DNA of 64,000 nucleotides from Dehalococcoidia bacterium (GTDB lineage Bacteria > Chloroflexota > Dehalococcoidia > Lucifugimonadales > UBA3495), in the NCBI GenBank assembly GCA_030740155.1, contig JASLXV010000023.1, positions 29,611 to 93,610 on the forward strand. Reading direction: 5' to 3'. Below, piece by piece: positions 1 through 9,744 of the stretch (position 1 is its first letter; the number at the start of each line of letters is the position of its first letter). The translations under genes were made by a program, and so were the position numbers. Below the pieces are notes generated by a model. That model made no database searches and had not been told where the DNA came from. It saw nothing but the letters and a program-made list of their open reading frames with translations.

Positions 1-1
1 T

Positions 2-391
2 GGTCCCCCGCACTTCCTGATGGCCCCGGTGCCCCACCAGCAGGACCTTCCTTCCTTCCTGGTGGTACTTCTTGGCCTCGTTGTGGACCCGGGTCACCAG
101 AGGGCACACGGCGTCGATTACCCGCAAGCCGCGCTCTTTGGCCTTTTCGAAGTCTTCGGGCGGGGAGCCGTGGGCGGAGAACACTACCCGGGAGCCGCGA
201 GGTATCTCATCGACGGTCTCGACGGTAATCGCCCCTTTCCGCTCCAGATCGGCGACCACATAGGGGTTGTGGACGATCTGGTGTTTGACGTAGACGGGCG
301 GGCCGTACTTGCGGAGGCAGATCTCCACGACATCGATCGACCGCACCACCCCGGCGCAGAACCCCCGGGGAGAGCTGAGGGTCACTTTCAC
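2..391 (-). CDS. ispH: 4-hydroxy-3-methylbut-2-enyl diphosphate reductase, N-terminal part (runs off the window)
   Basis: Not in the ORF track. Manual translation from GTG at 391 (AGGAG SD upstream) gives MKVTLSSPRGFCAGVVRSI...HQIVHN...FSAHG...DAVCPLVTRVH...GHRGHQEV, the IspH motifs. Confidence 0.95.
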   Translation of the reverse strand, partial: MKVTLSSPRGFCAGVVRSIDVVEICLRKYGPPVYVKHQIVHNPYVVADLERKGAITVETVDEIPRGSRVVFSAHGSPPEDFEKAKERGLRVIDAVCPLVTRVHNEAKKYHQEGRKVLLVGHRGHQEVRGT

Positions 392-421
392 TGGGCCACT
401 CCTAATGCAGTCAGCCGTCGG

Positions 422-1603
422 CTATCCGCTCTGGTCCGCCATTAAATGCAAATACTTGTACCCGGAGCCGGTATTCAGCAGGACGATCGTCTCGTCGGCC
501 TGCAAGAAACCCTCTTGGACCAGGCGATTGAGCCCCACAACGGTGGCGGCTCCTTCGGGACAGGCGACAACTCCCTCGGCGGCGGCGAGTTCGTGCATGG
601 CTTCCACCATCTCATGGTCCTCCACCGCCAGTGCGGTGCCCGCCGTCTCCCGGATTATCTGAAGGATGAGGTAATCGGCGAAGGGGCCCGGCACCCGGAG
701 GCCGTCGGCCACCGTCGCGGCTTTGGGCCAGGGCTCGGCGGCGGGAGTTCCTTCGTGAAACGCCTTGACGATGGGTTGGCAGCCGACGGCTTGCACCGCG
801 ATGAACTTGGGCTGCCGGCCTTCGACCCAGCCCAGCTCCATCAACTCCTGGAATGCCTTGTGCATGCCGATGATGCCGGTTCCGCCGCCGGTGGGATAGA
901 CGATGGCATCGGGCAACTTCCAGCCCAGCTGCATGGCGATTTCCAGGCCCATCGTCTTTTTGCCCTCGGCCCGGTAGGGTTCCTTCAGTGTCGAGAGGTC
1001 GAAGAGCCCTTGCTCCTTGGCTACCGCCACCGCTATCCGGCCGGCGTCTCCGATCAGCCCGTCAACCAGGTTCATCTCAGAACCGGTGAGAAGGCACTCC
1101 TTCTTGTTGGCGTCGGGGACATCCTTCGGCATGAACACTTTGAGCGGCATTCCACCCCGGGCGCAGTAGGCGGCGGCGGCCCCGGCGGCGTTGCCGGCGG
1201 AGGGCATCGTGAAACCGGGGGCGCCCAGCTCACCGGCCCGGGAGATGGCTGCCGATATTCCCCGGGCTTTGAAGGTCCCAGTGGGGTTCAGCCCCTCCTC
1301 TTTGATGAACAGGTGGTTCAATCCCAGACGCTTCCCCAGGTTCGGCGCCTTCAGCAAGGGGGTCCCCCCTTCGCCCAGGGTGACCACGTTCGCCGGGTCC
1401 TCCACCGGTAGCAGCTCGGCGAAGCTCCACATTCCACCGGGCCGGCGCGCCACGGCGTCCCGGTCCACCTCCCGGCCCAATTTGGGCAGGTCATAGCGGG
1501 CATACAGCACTTTACCGCAGCAAGGGCTAACCGTGCTCAGGGCGCCGGCGGAATAGGTCTTGCCGCATTGAGTGCATTCCAGGTGGGCCAGATAGCTGGA
1601 CAC
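422..1603 (-). CDS. thrC: threonine synthase (PLP fold II)
   Basis: N-terminal CxxC...CC, TLGEGGTPL, NPTGTFKARG (PLP Lys), SAGNA, YPTGGGTG, LNTGSGYK. Start moved to GTG at 1603 after GGAGG. Confidence 0.85.
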   Translation of the reverse strand: MSSYLAHLECTQCGKTYSAGALSTVSPCCGKVLYARYDLPKLGREVDRDAVARRPGGMWSFAELLPVEDPANVVTLGEGGTPLLKAPNLGKRLGLNHLFIKEEGLNPTGTFKARGISAAISRAGELGAPGFTMPSAGNAAGAAAAYCARGGMPLKVFMPKDVPDANKKECLLTGSEMNLVDGLIGDAGRIAVAVAKEQGLFDLSTLKEPYRAEGKKTMGLEIAMQLGWKLPDAIVYPTGGGTGIIGMHKAFQELMELGWVEGRQPKFIAVQAVGCQPIVKAFHEGTPAAEPWPKAATVADGLRVPGPFADYLILQIIRETAGTALAVEDHEMVEAMHELAAAEGVVACPEGAATVVGLNRLVQEGFLQADETIVLLNTGSGYKYLHLMADQSG

Positions 1604-1752
1604 GGGCTGGTAACCTCCATTTCTCAGACAGGCGAATAGCCTGGATACGGTGGCGATTATCTCGAAGATATCATACTCTATGTTGGGTACCTCTGGCACG
1701 GGGTGGAATCGGTCCCCGGCCAGTTTCCCCCGCTTTTGTGGTCAAACCTCCT

Positions 1753-1762
1753 ATGCTATAAT
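1753..1762 (+). promoter_or_regulatory. extended -10 promoter element (TGCTATAAT) for the ECH-prs-amidohydrolase operon
   Basis: TGnTATAAT about 35 nt upstream of the ATG at 1798. Confidence 0.5.
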
Positions 1763-1797
1763 CCGTGGTGCCGCCGACCCGATCACGGAGAGAGACC

Positions 1798-2616
1798 ATG
1801 CCGTCCTACCAACACCTGCTGCTGGAAAAAGACCCGGTCGCGCACATTGCCAAACTCACCATCAATCGTCCCGACCGGCGCAACGCCATGAACGATCAGA
1901 CCACCGATGAGATGTCCGACGCCATCGAAGACGTGGAGGCCGACGACTCCATACGAGTTCTCATTCTCACCGGGACCGGCAATGTGTTCTGCGCCGGCGG
2001 CGACCTGCAGGCGCTGCGGGGAGGCAGCGAGCTGGGTACCTGGGCCGCGGACACACCGGATGAAATCCGCCGCAGTTTCCGTCGGGCCCAGCGCCTGATG
2101 CTGGGATTACAGCGGATGGAAAAGCCGGTCATCGGCATGATCACCGGCGCCGCCGTGGGCGCGGGTTTCGACTTGGCTGCCGTGTGTGACATTCGGATAG
2201 GGTGCCCCCGCTCCCGATTCATGGTAGGCTACGTGCGGTTGGGCCTGTTTCCCGGCTTCGGCGGCACCTGGCTTTACACCCGAACCCTCGGCAGTTTGGG
2301 TAAGGCGGCTGAGCTGTTGTTCACCGGCGATTTCATGGAAGCGGATGAGGCGTACCGTGTGGGGTTTCTAAACCGGCTGGTGCCGGAAGAAGACCTGGAA
2401 AGCGCAACCATGGAAATGGCCCGTAAGATCGGGGACGGCCCGCCAATCGCCCTCCGGTTGGCCAAGCTGATGCTCTACAAAGGCCTGGACTTCGACCTGG
2501 AGACGGCGATGAAGATGGCGGCGGCGGCGGAGACAATTACCTTGACCTCGAAGGACCACGAAGAGGGCATCGCGGCCTTTCGGGAGTCCCGGAAAGCCGT
2601 TTACGAGGGCCGATAA
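1798..2616 (+). CDS. enoyl-CoA hydratase/isomerase family protein
   Basis: NRPDRRNAM, FCAGGDL, GAAVGAGFDLA crotonase motifs; stop overlaps the prs start (TAATG). Confidence 0.9.
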   Translation: MPSYQHLLLEKDPVAHIAKLTINRPDRRNAMNDQTTDEMSDAIEDVEADDSIRVLILTGTGNVFCAGGDLQALRGGSELGTWAADTPDEIRRSFRRAQRLMLGLQRMEKPVIGMITGAAVGAGFDLAAVCDIRIGCPRSRFMVGYVRLGLFPGFGGTWLYTRTLGSLGKAAELLFTGDFMEADEAYRVGFLNRLVPEEDLESATMEMARKIGDGPPIALRLAKLMLYKGLDFDLETAMKMAAAAETITLTSKDHEEGIAAFRESRKAVYEGR

Positions 2617-3566
2617 TGGTTTCGGTGATCGACGACCTCAAAGTATTTACCGGCAACGCCCACCGGCAATTGGCCCAAGACGTTTGCCGGTACCTGGATT
2701 TACCTCTGGGCGAGGCTGAGGTGTTCAAGTTCGCCAACGACAACACCTTCGTCCGCATCCAAGAAAACGTCCGTCAGAGGGACGTTTTTATTATTCAGCC
2801 CACCTGCTACCCGGTCAACGACAACCTGATGGAACTCCTCATCATGATCGACGCCTGCAAGCGGGCGTCGGCGGGGCGCATAACCGCGGTGGTCCCCTAC
2901 TACGGTTACGGCCGCACCGATAAGAAGGACCAACCGCGCGTGCCGATAACTGCCCGCCTGGTCGCCGACCTGTTGACCGCGGCCGGCGCCGAGCGGCTGC
3001 TGACCGTCGACCTCCACGCCGGACAGATACAGGGCTTCTTCAACATCCCGGTGGACGAGTTGACCGCGCTGCCCATTCTGACCGACTACTTCCAATCCAA
3101 AGAGATCAACGACCTGGTGGTGGCGGCGGTGGACATCGGCATCAGCAAACGGGCCAGGGACGTTGCGGAGCGGCTCCACGCTCCCCTGGCAATCATCGAG
3201 AAACGCCGATTGGGCAATAACGAGCGCACCGAGACCCTGAACGTCATCGGCGATGTGCGGGGCAAGGTGGCCCTCCTCTTCGACGACGAAGTCGATACCG
3301 GAGGCACCATTGTCGCCTCCGCCCGCACCCTGGTGGAACGTGGCGTCAAAGAGGTGTACTGTTGCGTGACCCATCCGGTCCTGTCCCGCGACGCCTCCGA
3401 TCTCATGGCCCACAGCAATTTCACCGAAGTAGTGGTCTCGGACACCATCCCTCTGCCGGCGGAGAAGCGCAACGGCAAGATCACCGTGTTGTCGGTGGCC
3501 CCCCTGTTGGGCGAGGCGATCCATCGCATCCATAAAGGGCTCTCGGTCGGGGAGATGTTCAACTGA
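2616..3566 (+). CDS. prs: ribose-phosphate pyrophosphokinase
   Basis: PYYGYGRTDKK, DLHAGQIQGFF, DDEVDTGGT. Confidence 0.97.
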   Translation: MVSVIDDLKVFTGNAHRQLAQDVCRYLDLPLGEAEVFKFANDNTFVRIQENVRQRDVFIIQPTCYPVNDNLMELLIMIDACKRASAGRITAVVPYYGYGRTDKKDQPRVPITARLVADLLTAAGAERLLTVDLHAGQIQGFFNIPVDELTALPILTDYFQSKEINDLVVAAVDIGISKRARDVAERLHAPLAIIEKRRLGNNERTETLNVIGDVRGKVALLFDDEVDTGGTIVASARTLVERGVKEVYCCVTHPVLSRDASDLMAHSNFTEVVVSDTIPLPAEKRNGKITVLSVAPLLGEAIHRIHKGLSVGEMFN

Positions 3567-3586
3567 CTCAGGAGGTAGGTTTCGGC

Positions 3587-4762
3587 ATGTACGATTTGCT
3601 GATCAAAGGTGGCACCGTAATCGACCCATCTCAGGGCATCCACGGCGTCAATGATGTGGCGGTGGAGAAAGGCAAGATTGCCCGGGTCGCCTCTAGCATC
3701 CCCATCGAGGAGGCCCTCCGGGTGGTCGAGGTTCGCGGGAAGCTGGTTACACCCGGCCTGATCGACCTGCACACCCACGTCTACGACGGGGTGAACAACA
3801 ATGGCGTGGCGCCCGACCTCGGTGGGGTTCGCGCCGGCGTCACCACCATGGTGGATGCGGGCAGCGCCGGGTGTGACAATATCGGAGGCTTTCCAAGACA
3901 CATCATTCCCAACAACCACACCGAAGTTATCTGCTTCTTGCATATTTGCCGTACCGGCCTGACCACATCTCCCGACATCTTCAGCCCGGCCAGCATTGAC
4001 CTGGAGAAGACGATCCAAGTAGCCTCGGAGAACCGCTCGTTTATTTCCGGCATCAAGGCGCGGATGGTGTCGCCGGCGCTGGAGATCATGGGAATGGAGA
4101 TGCCGCGTCTGGCCAAACAGGCCGCCAAGGAAGCCGGCATCAAGCTCATGGTCCACATCGGGGACACGGAGAAGCGCTATGACGCCAACGTCATCCGCCA
4201 ACTGCTGCCGATAATGGAGGAAGGGGACATCGTCACCCACTTCTTTACCGCCAACCCGGGTGGGGTGCTGGGCGCCGATGGCAAGCTGGTCCCCGAGGCC
4301 AAGGAGGCCAACGACCGGGGAGTGTGGCTGGATACGGCCCACGGCCGGATGAACTTCAGCTTCGACGTGGGCGAGCGGATTCTGGACCAGGGGCTGTCGC
4401 CCCACTGCATCAGCACCGACCTGACCCAGCCCGGCCGGCTGCGCACCGTCCACAGCATGACGGAGATGATGAGCCGGTTCCTGGCCATGGGGTTCACCAT
4501 GGATCAGGTGGTCACCATGTCCACCTTGAATCCCGCCAAAGCGGTCGGCGCGGATGACCGCCTGGGCACCCTGGCCGTTGGCCGGCAGGCCGATATCTCG
4601 ATACTGGAAGTCAAGGACGGTGAATGGGTGGTCTACGACGTGGTCGGCGACTCCCGGCGGCTGGACAAGGCGTTGGTGCCGGTGATGACCGTCAAGAGGG
4701 GTGAGGTGTTCGAAGCCGCCTGGGGTCCCCGCCCCTGGGGTTGGGAGCCGGACCAGTCCTAG
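3587..4762 (+). CDS. amidohydrolase/deacetylase family metallohydrolase (dihydroorotase-like)
   Basis: PGLIDLHTH, GVTTMVDAGSAG, GIKAR, MVHIG, ISTDL. Confidence 0.85.
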   Translation: MYDLLIKGGTVIDPSQGIHGVNDVAVEKGKIARVASSIPIEEALRVVEVRGKLVTPGLIDLHTHVYDGVNNNGVAPDLGGVRAGVTTMVDAGSAGCDNIGGFPRHIIPNNHTEVICFLHICRTGLTTSPDIFSPASIDLEKTIQVASENRSFISGIKARMVSPALEIMGMEMPRLAKQAAKEAGIKLMVHIGDTEKRYDANVIRQLLPIMEEGDIVTHFFTANPGGVLGADGKLVPEAKEANDRGVWLDTAHGRMNFSFDVGERILDQGLSPHCISTDLTQPGRLRTVHSMTEMMSRFLAMGFTMDQVVTMSTLNPAKAVGADDRLGTLAVGRQADISILEVKDGEWVVYDVVGDSRRLDKALVPVMTVKRGEVFEAAWGPRPWGWEPDQS

Positions 4763-4822
4763 AGCCGTTCCCAGTTATTGCCGGCCGCCTCGAATCGGGC
4801 GTCGGCCCAATAGACGCACCAA

Positions 4823-4850
4823 GTAGGGGCGAGGCATTTCTCGCCCCTAC
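4823..4850. repeat. REP-like GTAG palindrome
   Basis: GTAGGGGCGAG-GCATTT-CTCGCCCCTAC, perfect 11-bp stem; related copy at 7041-7067. Confidence 0.75.
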
Positions 4851-4957
4851 TCTTGTCGGCGGACCTGCCTCGAAACCGTCATTACGAGCGAAGCGCCGGG
4901 TGACATGTTCCAGCGTACTCCAGAGGCAAAGCTGCTGGGAGCCGACGCGGGGTTGGC

Positions 4958-5018
4958 CACAGGAGGCAACAGAGGCATTAGCTCCTAATTAAATCTCTGT
5001 GCCTCTGTGTCTCTGTGG
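4958..5018. repeat. intergenic inverted repeat, CACAGAG/CTCTGTG family
   Basis: ccacaggaggcaacagaggca...ctctgtgcctctgtgtctctgtgg; related copy at 52756-52824; both lie between convergent genes. Confidence 0.6.
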
Positions 5019-5053
5019 TCATTTCCCCGTGAAGCGCTTTTGGAGCACGCGGT

Positions 5054-6016
5054 TCAGGAAACCGTCTTGCCGGCGGGTCGCTTCTTCCCACGGAAGGGCC
5101 GGGTCAGCCGGCGAAGCTTGGCGGAAAGCCGGAACCTGGGCCGGATGCTGTGGGCGATGAGGGGCGCCACCTGCCGGTTGCCCGCTACCAGGGGAGCCAC
5201 CCAGCGCCTCAATTCCTTCATGCTTGGCGAACGTGTCTCCCAGCTGGGCACCAGGCATTCCAGGGGATTCCACCGTTTCTCGCCGGGCAGTCGCGCCATC
5301 ACGGTTCCCTGGGCCTCCGTGACCGCCAGCACCCCCGCCGCCACGTCCCAGAGGTGGGGAGAGCCTTGAATCGAGTATTGCAGCACGCCGGAGGCAGTCA
5401 TCGCCAACTCATAGGCGGAGCTGCCGGTGGTCCGTGGCTCTCCTCCGTTGGAGTGGCCGCTCCCAGTTAATCTGCCGGCGAACTTGGAGGTGTGGGCGAA
5501 GGAGCCCGGCAGGCCGACGAGGCGGTTGTTTACCGGTTCTTTCGACTGGTAAACGGTAACCGGTTCCCCGTCGGCGAAGCAGCCGCCGCCCCGGCGGCAG
5601 TGCATGACGAACCCGCCGCCCGGCTTGGGCCAGGGGATGTAGAGCGCACCCGCCAGGGGCCGGCCCCGGTAAAGGACGCCGATTGACGACGCGTACACCG
5701 GAAGCCCGTTGATGAAGTTGGTGGTCCCGTCCAGGGGGTCGAGTACCCAGAGGTAGTCGGGGCAGGCCGTGTCGGACGCGCCGGCGTCCTCCTCCCCAAG
5801 GATGCCGTGGTCCGGAAACCGCTGGGCTATCTCCGCCACGAGAAACTCCTGGCAGGTGGTGTCGGCAGCGGTCACCGGGTCCCGGTGAGCCTTGTCTTTG
5901 TACTCGATGGAGATCTGGCGTCCGAAGTGGGCGGAGAGGATTTCCCCGGCTCCCTCGGCCAGCCGCACGGCGAAGGTCTCGATCTCCTGGGCCAGCGTGT
6001 CAGCGGGGAACGCCAC
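5054..6016 (-). CDS. inositol monophosphatase family protein
   Basis: DPVTAAD, ILGEE, WVLDPLDGTTNF, WDVAAG. Confidence 0.92.
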   Translation of the reverse strand: MAFPADTLAQEIETFAVRLAEGAGEILSAHFGRQISIEYKDKAHRDPVTAADTTCQEFLVAEIAQRFPDHGILGEEDAGASDTACPDYLWVLDPLDGTTNFINGLPVYASSIGVLYRGRPLAGALYIPWPKPGGGFVMHCRRGGGCFADGEPVTVYQSKEPVNNRLVGLPGSFAHTSKFAGRLTGSGHSNGGEPRTTGSSAYELAMTASGVLQYSIQGSPHLWDVAAGVLAVTEAQGTVMARLPGEKRWNPLECLVPSWETRSPSMKELRRWVAPLVAGNRQVAPLIAHSIRPRFRLSAKLRRLTRPFRGKKRPAGKTVS

Positions 6017-6133
6017 TGCTGCTTCCTCTTGTTTCAGCCATCGTGGGAAGATTCTTTGGGTAGAGCGAGGGGAACCCTTTCTTGCAGTAAAGGGTTCGCC
6101 GGAGGCGCCTTTCTTGGGGTTTTCCAGCAGGGA

Positions 6134-6598
6134 TTATGGCCCGGCGGCGGCCTGTAAGGCCTCCAGGTGCCCGGTCCAGTGCCGGGCGATGGTGCGCATC
6201 CGGTCTTTGCCGGTGGGGGCTGAGCCGTCGGCCCGGTACATCAGCACCGCGTCGGGGTTTGGCAGGGCCCGGATCGCTTTGATCAATTCTTGATGTGACT
6301 GTTTGAGTTGAGCGACGATGTCGGCGAGGGTTGAACCGGCGGTCTTTCCGACGGCGTCCTCATTGATCGCGTCGACGGAGATCGTGTGGTAGAGTGCGGG
6401 CCCGCCCTGGCCCACGGCCAAAGCAGCTTCGGTGGTGGCCCGGTGCCAGAAAAGCATGTGGGCCGCCACCTCCCACACCCCCCAGCGATCGACGCGGGCC
6501 GATGACTGGGCCCCGGGACCCTCGAAGTACTGAAGTGTCTTCTGCACCACCTGATTCGCCAGGTCGATTAGCTGATCAATCGTTTCGGACTCGGCCAT
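6134..6598 (-). CDS. DinB-like / maleylpyruvate isomerase N-terminal domain protein
   Basis: WGVWEVAAHMLFWH ... HWTGH His pattern; helical; 154 aa. Confidence 0.6.
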   Translation of the reverse strand: MAESETIDQLIDLANQVVQKTLQYFEGPGAQSSARVDRWGVWEVAAHMLFWHRATTEAALAVGQGGPALYHTISVDAINEDAVGKTAGSTLADIVAQLKQSHQELIKAIRALPNPDAVLMYRADGSAPTGKDRMRTIARHWTGHLEALQAAAGP

Positions 6599-6955
6599 TT
6601 AGGTGCCCTCCTCATCGCAGTCTGGCGGCGAACCTCCCAGCGACGCCCGCGGTTGGAGCAGTTTCACCGGAGTTATTGCCGGGGTATTGATTGGAACTAT
6701 TTGCTCCGGAACGGCGGCGCTGGGCTGGGGACAACCCAGTATAACATGGGCTGTCGGCGTCGCCGTTGCCGAACGTCTTGCCTGTCCGGAGGGAGCGGCA
6801 GCTTGCCCGGAGGCGCCGGGTCCGCCGTGACTTCCGCGAAATATGAAATAGCTCAATTCGTTATGGGGTTGGCGCATGTCAGTTGATTCCGCGCCCAAGA
6901 TGCGAATTGAGGGAATGTTCGGCGGGTCAAGGCTCCGATGGAGGGACCCCGCGCC

Positions 6956-6986
6956 GGATTCCTCGTCGCTTCGCTCCTCGGAATGA
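6956..6986. repeat. half-copy of the GTCATTCCGAGGAGCGAAGCGACGAGGAATC repeat family
   Basis: Reverse complement of 23360-23389 with one mismatch. Confidence 0.75.
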
Positions 6987-7040
6987 AATTTCTTGGACAA
7001 GCCCATCTTCAGGCGAGGGGTTCGGCAGGGGCGAACAGAA

Positions 7041-7067
7041 GTAGGGGCGGGTATGAAACCCGCCCCT
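7041..7067. repeat. REP-like GTAG palindrome
   Basis: GTAGGGGCGGGT-ATGAA-ACCCGCCCCT. Confidence 0.7.
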
Positions 7068-7096
7068 TTTGATTGCGTCCAGGTTATGCGCTCAGG

Positions 7097-7507
7097 TTAT
7101 GCGGCCGGTTTGAAGTACGGGATGGTGACCTGCTCGGTGGCCCGGACGAAGGTCACCTCCACCGGCATGCCGATCTTCACGTCCTTCGGGTTGCAATCGA
7201 CGATGTTGGTGAACATCTTCACCCCTTCATCCAGCTCCACCAGGGCCAGGACGTAGGGCACTTCTTCGGCGAAACCCGGCGTCCGGTTCTGGTAGGTAAC
7301 CGTATAGGTCCAGACGGTGCCTTTGCCGCTAGCCTCGAACCACTTGATATCGCTGGACCAACAGTGAGCGCAGATTCCACGGGGATAGAACTGGAACTCG
7401 CCGCAGCGATCGCACTTCTGGATAATCAGGCGTCCCTGACGGCAGGAGTCCCAGTATGGCTTGGTCTCGCCAACGATGGTCGGCAGCGGCTTCTTCCATT
7501 CAGGCAT
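7097..7507 (-). CDS. Zn-ribbon/OB-fold protein (DUF35 family)
   Basis: CDRCG...YPRGICAHC, GTVWTYTV, PYVLALVELDEG. Confidence 0.93.
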   Translation of the reverse strand: MPEWKKPLPTIVGETKPYWDSCRQGRLIIQKCDRCGEFQFYPRGICAHCWSSDIKWFEASGKGTVWTYTVTYQNRTPGFAEEVPYVLALVELDEGVKMFTNIVDCNPKDVKIGMPVEVTFVRATEQVTIPYFKPAA

Positions 7508-7510
7508 GGT

Positions 7511-8692
7511 CTAATCCCTCCCCAGAATCACTGTTCCGCCGCTGTGCCGGGTCGCCAGGGTGCCACCCGTTCCGTGGCATAGGGCGACCCGGCAGTTGGG
7601 GACTTGGCGTGGCGTCCCCTCGAACTGGTTGCGGAGTTGCCGCGTCGCCTCCAACAGCAAGAAGATGCCTCGCATTCCCGGGTGGTTGGACGAGAGGCCG
7701 CCTCCATCGGTGTTGATGGGCAGCTCCCCGCCGACCTCCAGCCGGCCGCCGGATACGAATGCGCCGCCCTCACCCTTCTGGCAGAAACCCAGGTCCTCCA
7801 ACGTTTCGATTACCGTGATGGTGAACGAGTCGTAGACCATGGCCATGTCGATGTCCTGATGGGTCACCCCGGCCATGGCGAAGGCCGGCTCGTGGCTCTG
7901 CTTCGCGGCGATGTACATCAGGTCTCGCTTGCCCGCCCCCTGGTGGGCCAGCGCTTCACCCGTGCCCAGCACCCATACCGGCTTGTGCCGGCAGCCCCGG
8001 GCGACCTCCGGCGAGGCCACTACCACCGCGCCTCCGCCGTCGCTGATCAAGCAACAATCCGGGAGGTGCAGAGGAGACGATATCACCCTGGAGTTGACCA
8101 CGTCCGCGACGGTGATTGGGTCGCGGAACATCGCCTCCGGGTTCATGGAGGCGTGCTTGCGTATCGAGACGGCCACCTCGGCCAGTTGCTCCGAGGTGGT
8201 CCCATACAGGTGCATGTGCCGCTGGGCGATCATGGCGTACATGCCCACCGTGGTCAACCCGTACAGCTCTTCAAAGCTATCCGGCGACGGCTCAAGCTTG
8301 GGGTGGCCGAACCGGGCCACACCGCCGGTGCCCACCGAGACGCCGCCCGACCGGGCCTGGGAGCTGTAGGTGATGACGGCGCAGTTGATGCGCCCGCTGG
8401 CGATGGCGTTCAAAGCGTGGGCCAGATGGAACTCGAAGGAGCCGCCACCGACGGTGGTGTTGTCCACGAACTTTGGGTAGAGGTTCAGGTAGTCGGCCAG
8501 GTTCATCCCGGTGTTGCGGCCGGCCGAGTGGGCGACGAGCAGGCCGTCAACATCTTTCTTCTCCAGGCCCGCGTCCTCCAGCGCCTTGATGACGCTCTCC
8601 CCCTTGATCTGTAGCTCACTCTTGTCGGGCGCGTAGCGGGTGACGTGCTCGTGAATGCCGACGATGGCGGCGGCGCGCCTGAGATCCACCAT
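7511..8692 (-). CDS. thiolase-fold SCP-x / nonspecific lipid-transfer-like protein
   Basis: SSPLHLPDCCLISDGGGA, YDSFT, INTDGGGLS; paired with DUF35. Confidence 0.9.
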   Translation of the reverse strand: MVDLRRAAAIVGIHEHVTRYAPDKSELQIKGESVIKALEDAGLEKKDVDGLLVAHSAGRNTGMNLADYLNLYPKFVDNTTVGGGSFEFHLAHALNAIASGRINCAVITYSSQARSGGVSVGTGGVARFGHPKLEPSPDSFEELYGLTTVGMYAMIAQRHMHLYGTTSEQLAEVAVSIRKHASMNPEAMFRDPITVADVVNSRVISSPLHLPDCCLISDGGGAVVVASPEVARGCRHKPVWVLGTGEALAHQGAGKRDLMYIAAKQSHEPAFAMAGVTHQDIDMAMVYDSFTITVIETLEDLGFCQKGEGGAFVSGGRLEVGGELPINTDGGGLSSNHPGMRGIFLLLEATRQLRNQFEGTPRQVPNCRVALCHGTGGTLATRHSGGTVILGRD

Positions 8693-9013
8693 ATTTGAGG
8701 TACCTCCGTACCAGATTGTCGCCGAGGGAGTTCGCCCTTTCTTATCTCAGAGCATCCATGGAAGGGGAGGCTCGGCATGGGTGCTGAACGCCGGCAGCGG
8801 AGCGCTGACCGCTGATCATCATGGCCACCTGGAGCGGCATTATCATAGGTGCGGGGCTGGAGGGTGTCAAGGGCCGGTGCATCCGGCGGTCTCGGGCTGG
8901 GGGCCTCTTCCTAATCCCCGGGATACCGGATATAGTTGGGTGCGAGGCATGCCTCCCTCACCCGGAGTCAAAACAGGGCATGCTGGTGGCGGCCAATAAT
9001 TTCAGGAGGCTTC

Positions 9014-9661
9014 ATGCTGGCGTTTTTGGGAGGCACCGGACCGGAAGGCAGGGGACTCGCCTTGCGGCTAGCCCTGGCAGGGCAGCAGGCGATCATCGGG
9101 TCTCGAGACGCCGGCCGGGCCGCCAAAGTGGCGGAGGAGCTGCTTCAGCTCGCCCCCGGAGCCCGCATCGGGGGAGCCACCAACGCCGATGCCGCGGCCC
9201 GGGCCGACGTGGTCTTCTTGACTTTTCCCTACGAAGGGCAGCGTACGGTGCTGGAGCAGTTGCGGGAGTCCCTTGACGGCAAGGTGGTGGTTAACGTCAT
9301 CGCCCCCATGCTCTTCGAGCGAGGCCGGGGCGCCAGCGCCGTGGCGGTGCCGGCGGGCTCCGCTGCCCAGGAGGCGCAGGAGATATTGCCCGGCTCCCTG
9401 GTCGCCGCCGCTTTTCAAAACGTCAGCGCCGAGGACCTGCAGAAGCCGGAGATTATGCTGGAGGGGGATGTGATCGTCTGCTCTGGCCATCGGGAAGCCA
9501 AAACCCTGGTGATGGACCTGACGCGGGAGATCAAGAACCTGCGCCCGGTGAACGGAGGCGGCCTGGCCAACGCAAAATACGTGGAGCAGCTAACCCCCCT
9601 GCTGGTCAACATCAACCGGATACACAAGATCCACGCCGGCATCAAGATAGTCGGACTCTAG
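9014..9661 (+). CDS. npdG: NADPH-dependent F420 reductase
   Basis: LGGTGPEGRGLA, IGSR, GSAAQE, AAFQNVSA, INRIHK; GGAGG SD before the ATG at 9014. Confidence 0.9.
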   Translation: MLAFLGGTGPEGRGLALRLALAGQQAIIGSRDAGRAAKVAEELLQLAPGARIGGATNADAAARADVVFLTFPYEGQRTVLEQLRESLDGKVVVNVIAPMLFERGRGASAVAVPAGSAAQEAQEILPGSLVAAAFQNVSAEDLQKPEIMLEGDVIVCSGHREAKTLVMDLTREIKNLRPVNGGGLANAKYVEQLTPLLVNINRIHKIHAGIKIVGL

Positions 9662-9677
9662 GGAAAAGTTCTTTAGG

Positions 9678-9719
9678 AGGGGTCTGGGGGACCCTTTCTT
9701 GGAAGAAAGGGTCCCCCAG
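9678..9719. repeat. palindromic repeat / possible bidirectional terminator
   Basis: tggggaccctttctt-gg-aagaaagggtccccca between convergent genes; similar to 6068-6102. Confidence 0.55.
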
Positions 9720-9744
9720 CGTTCCAGCATTCAGGAGTTGATCG

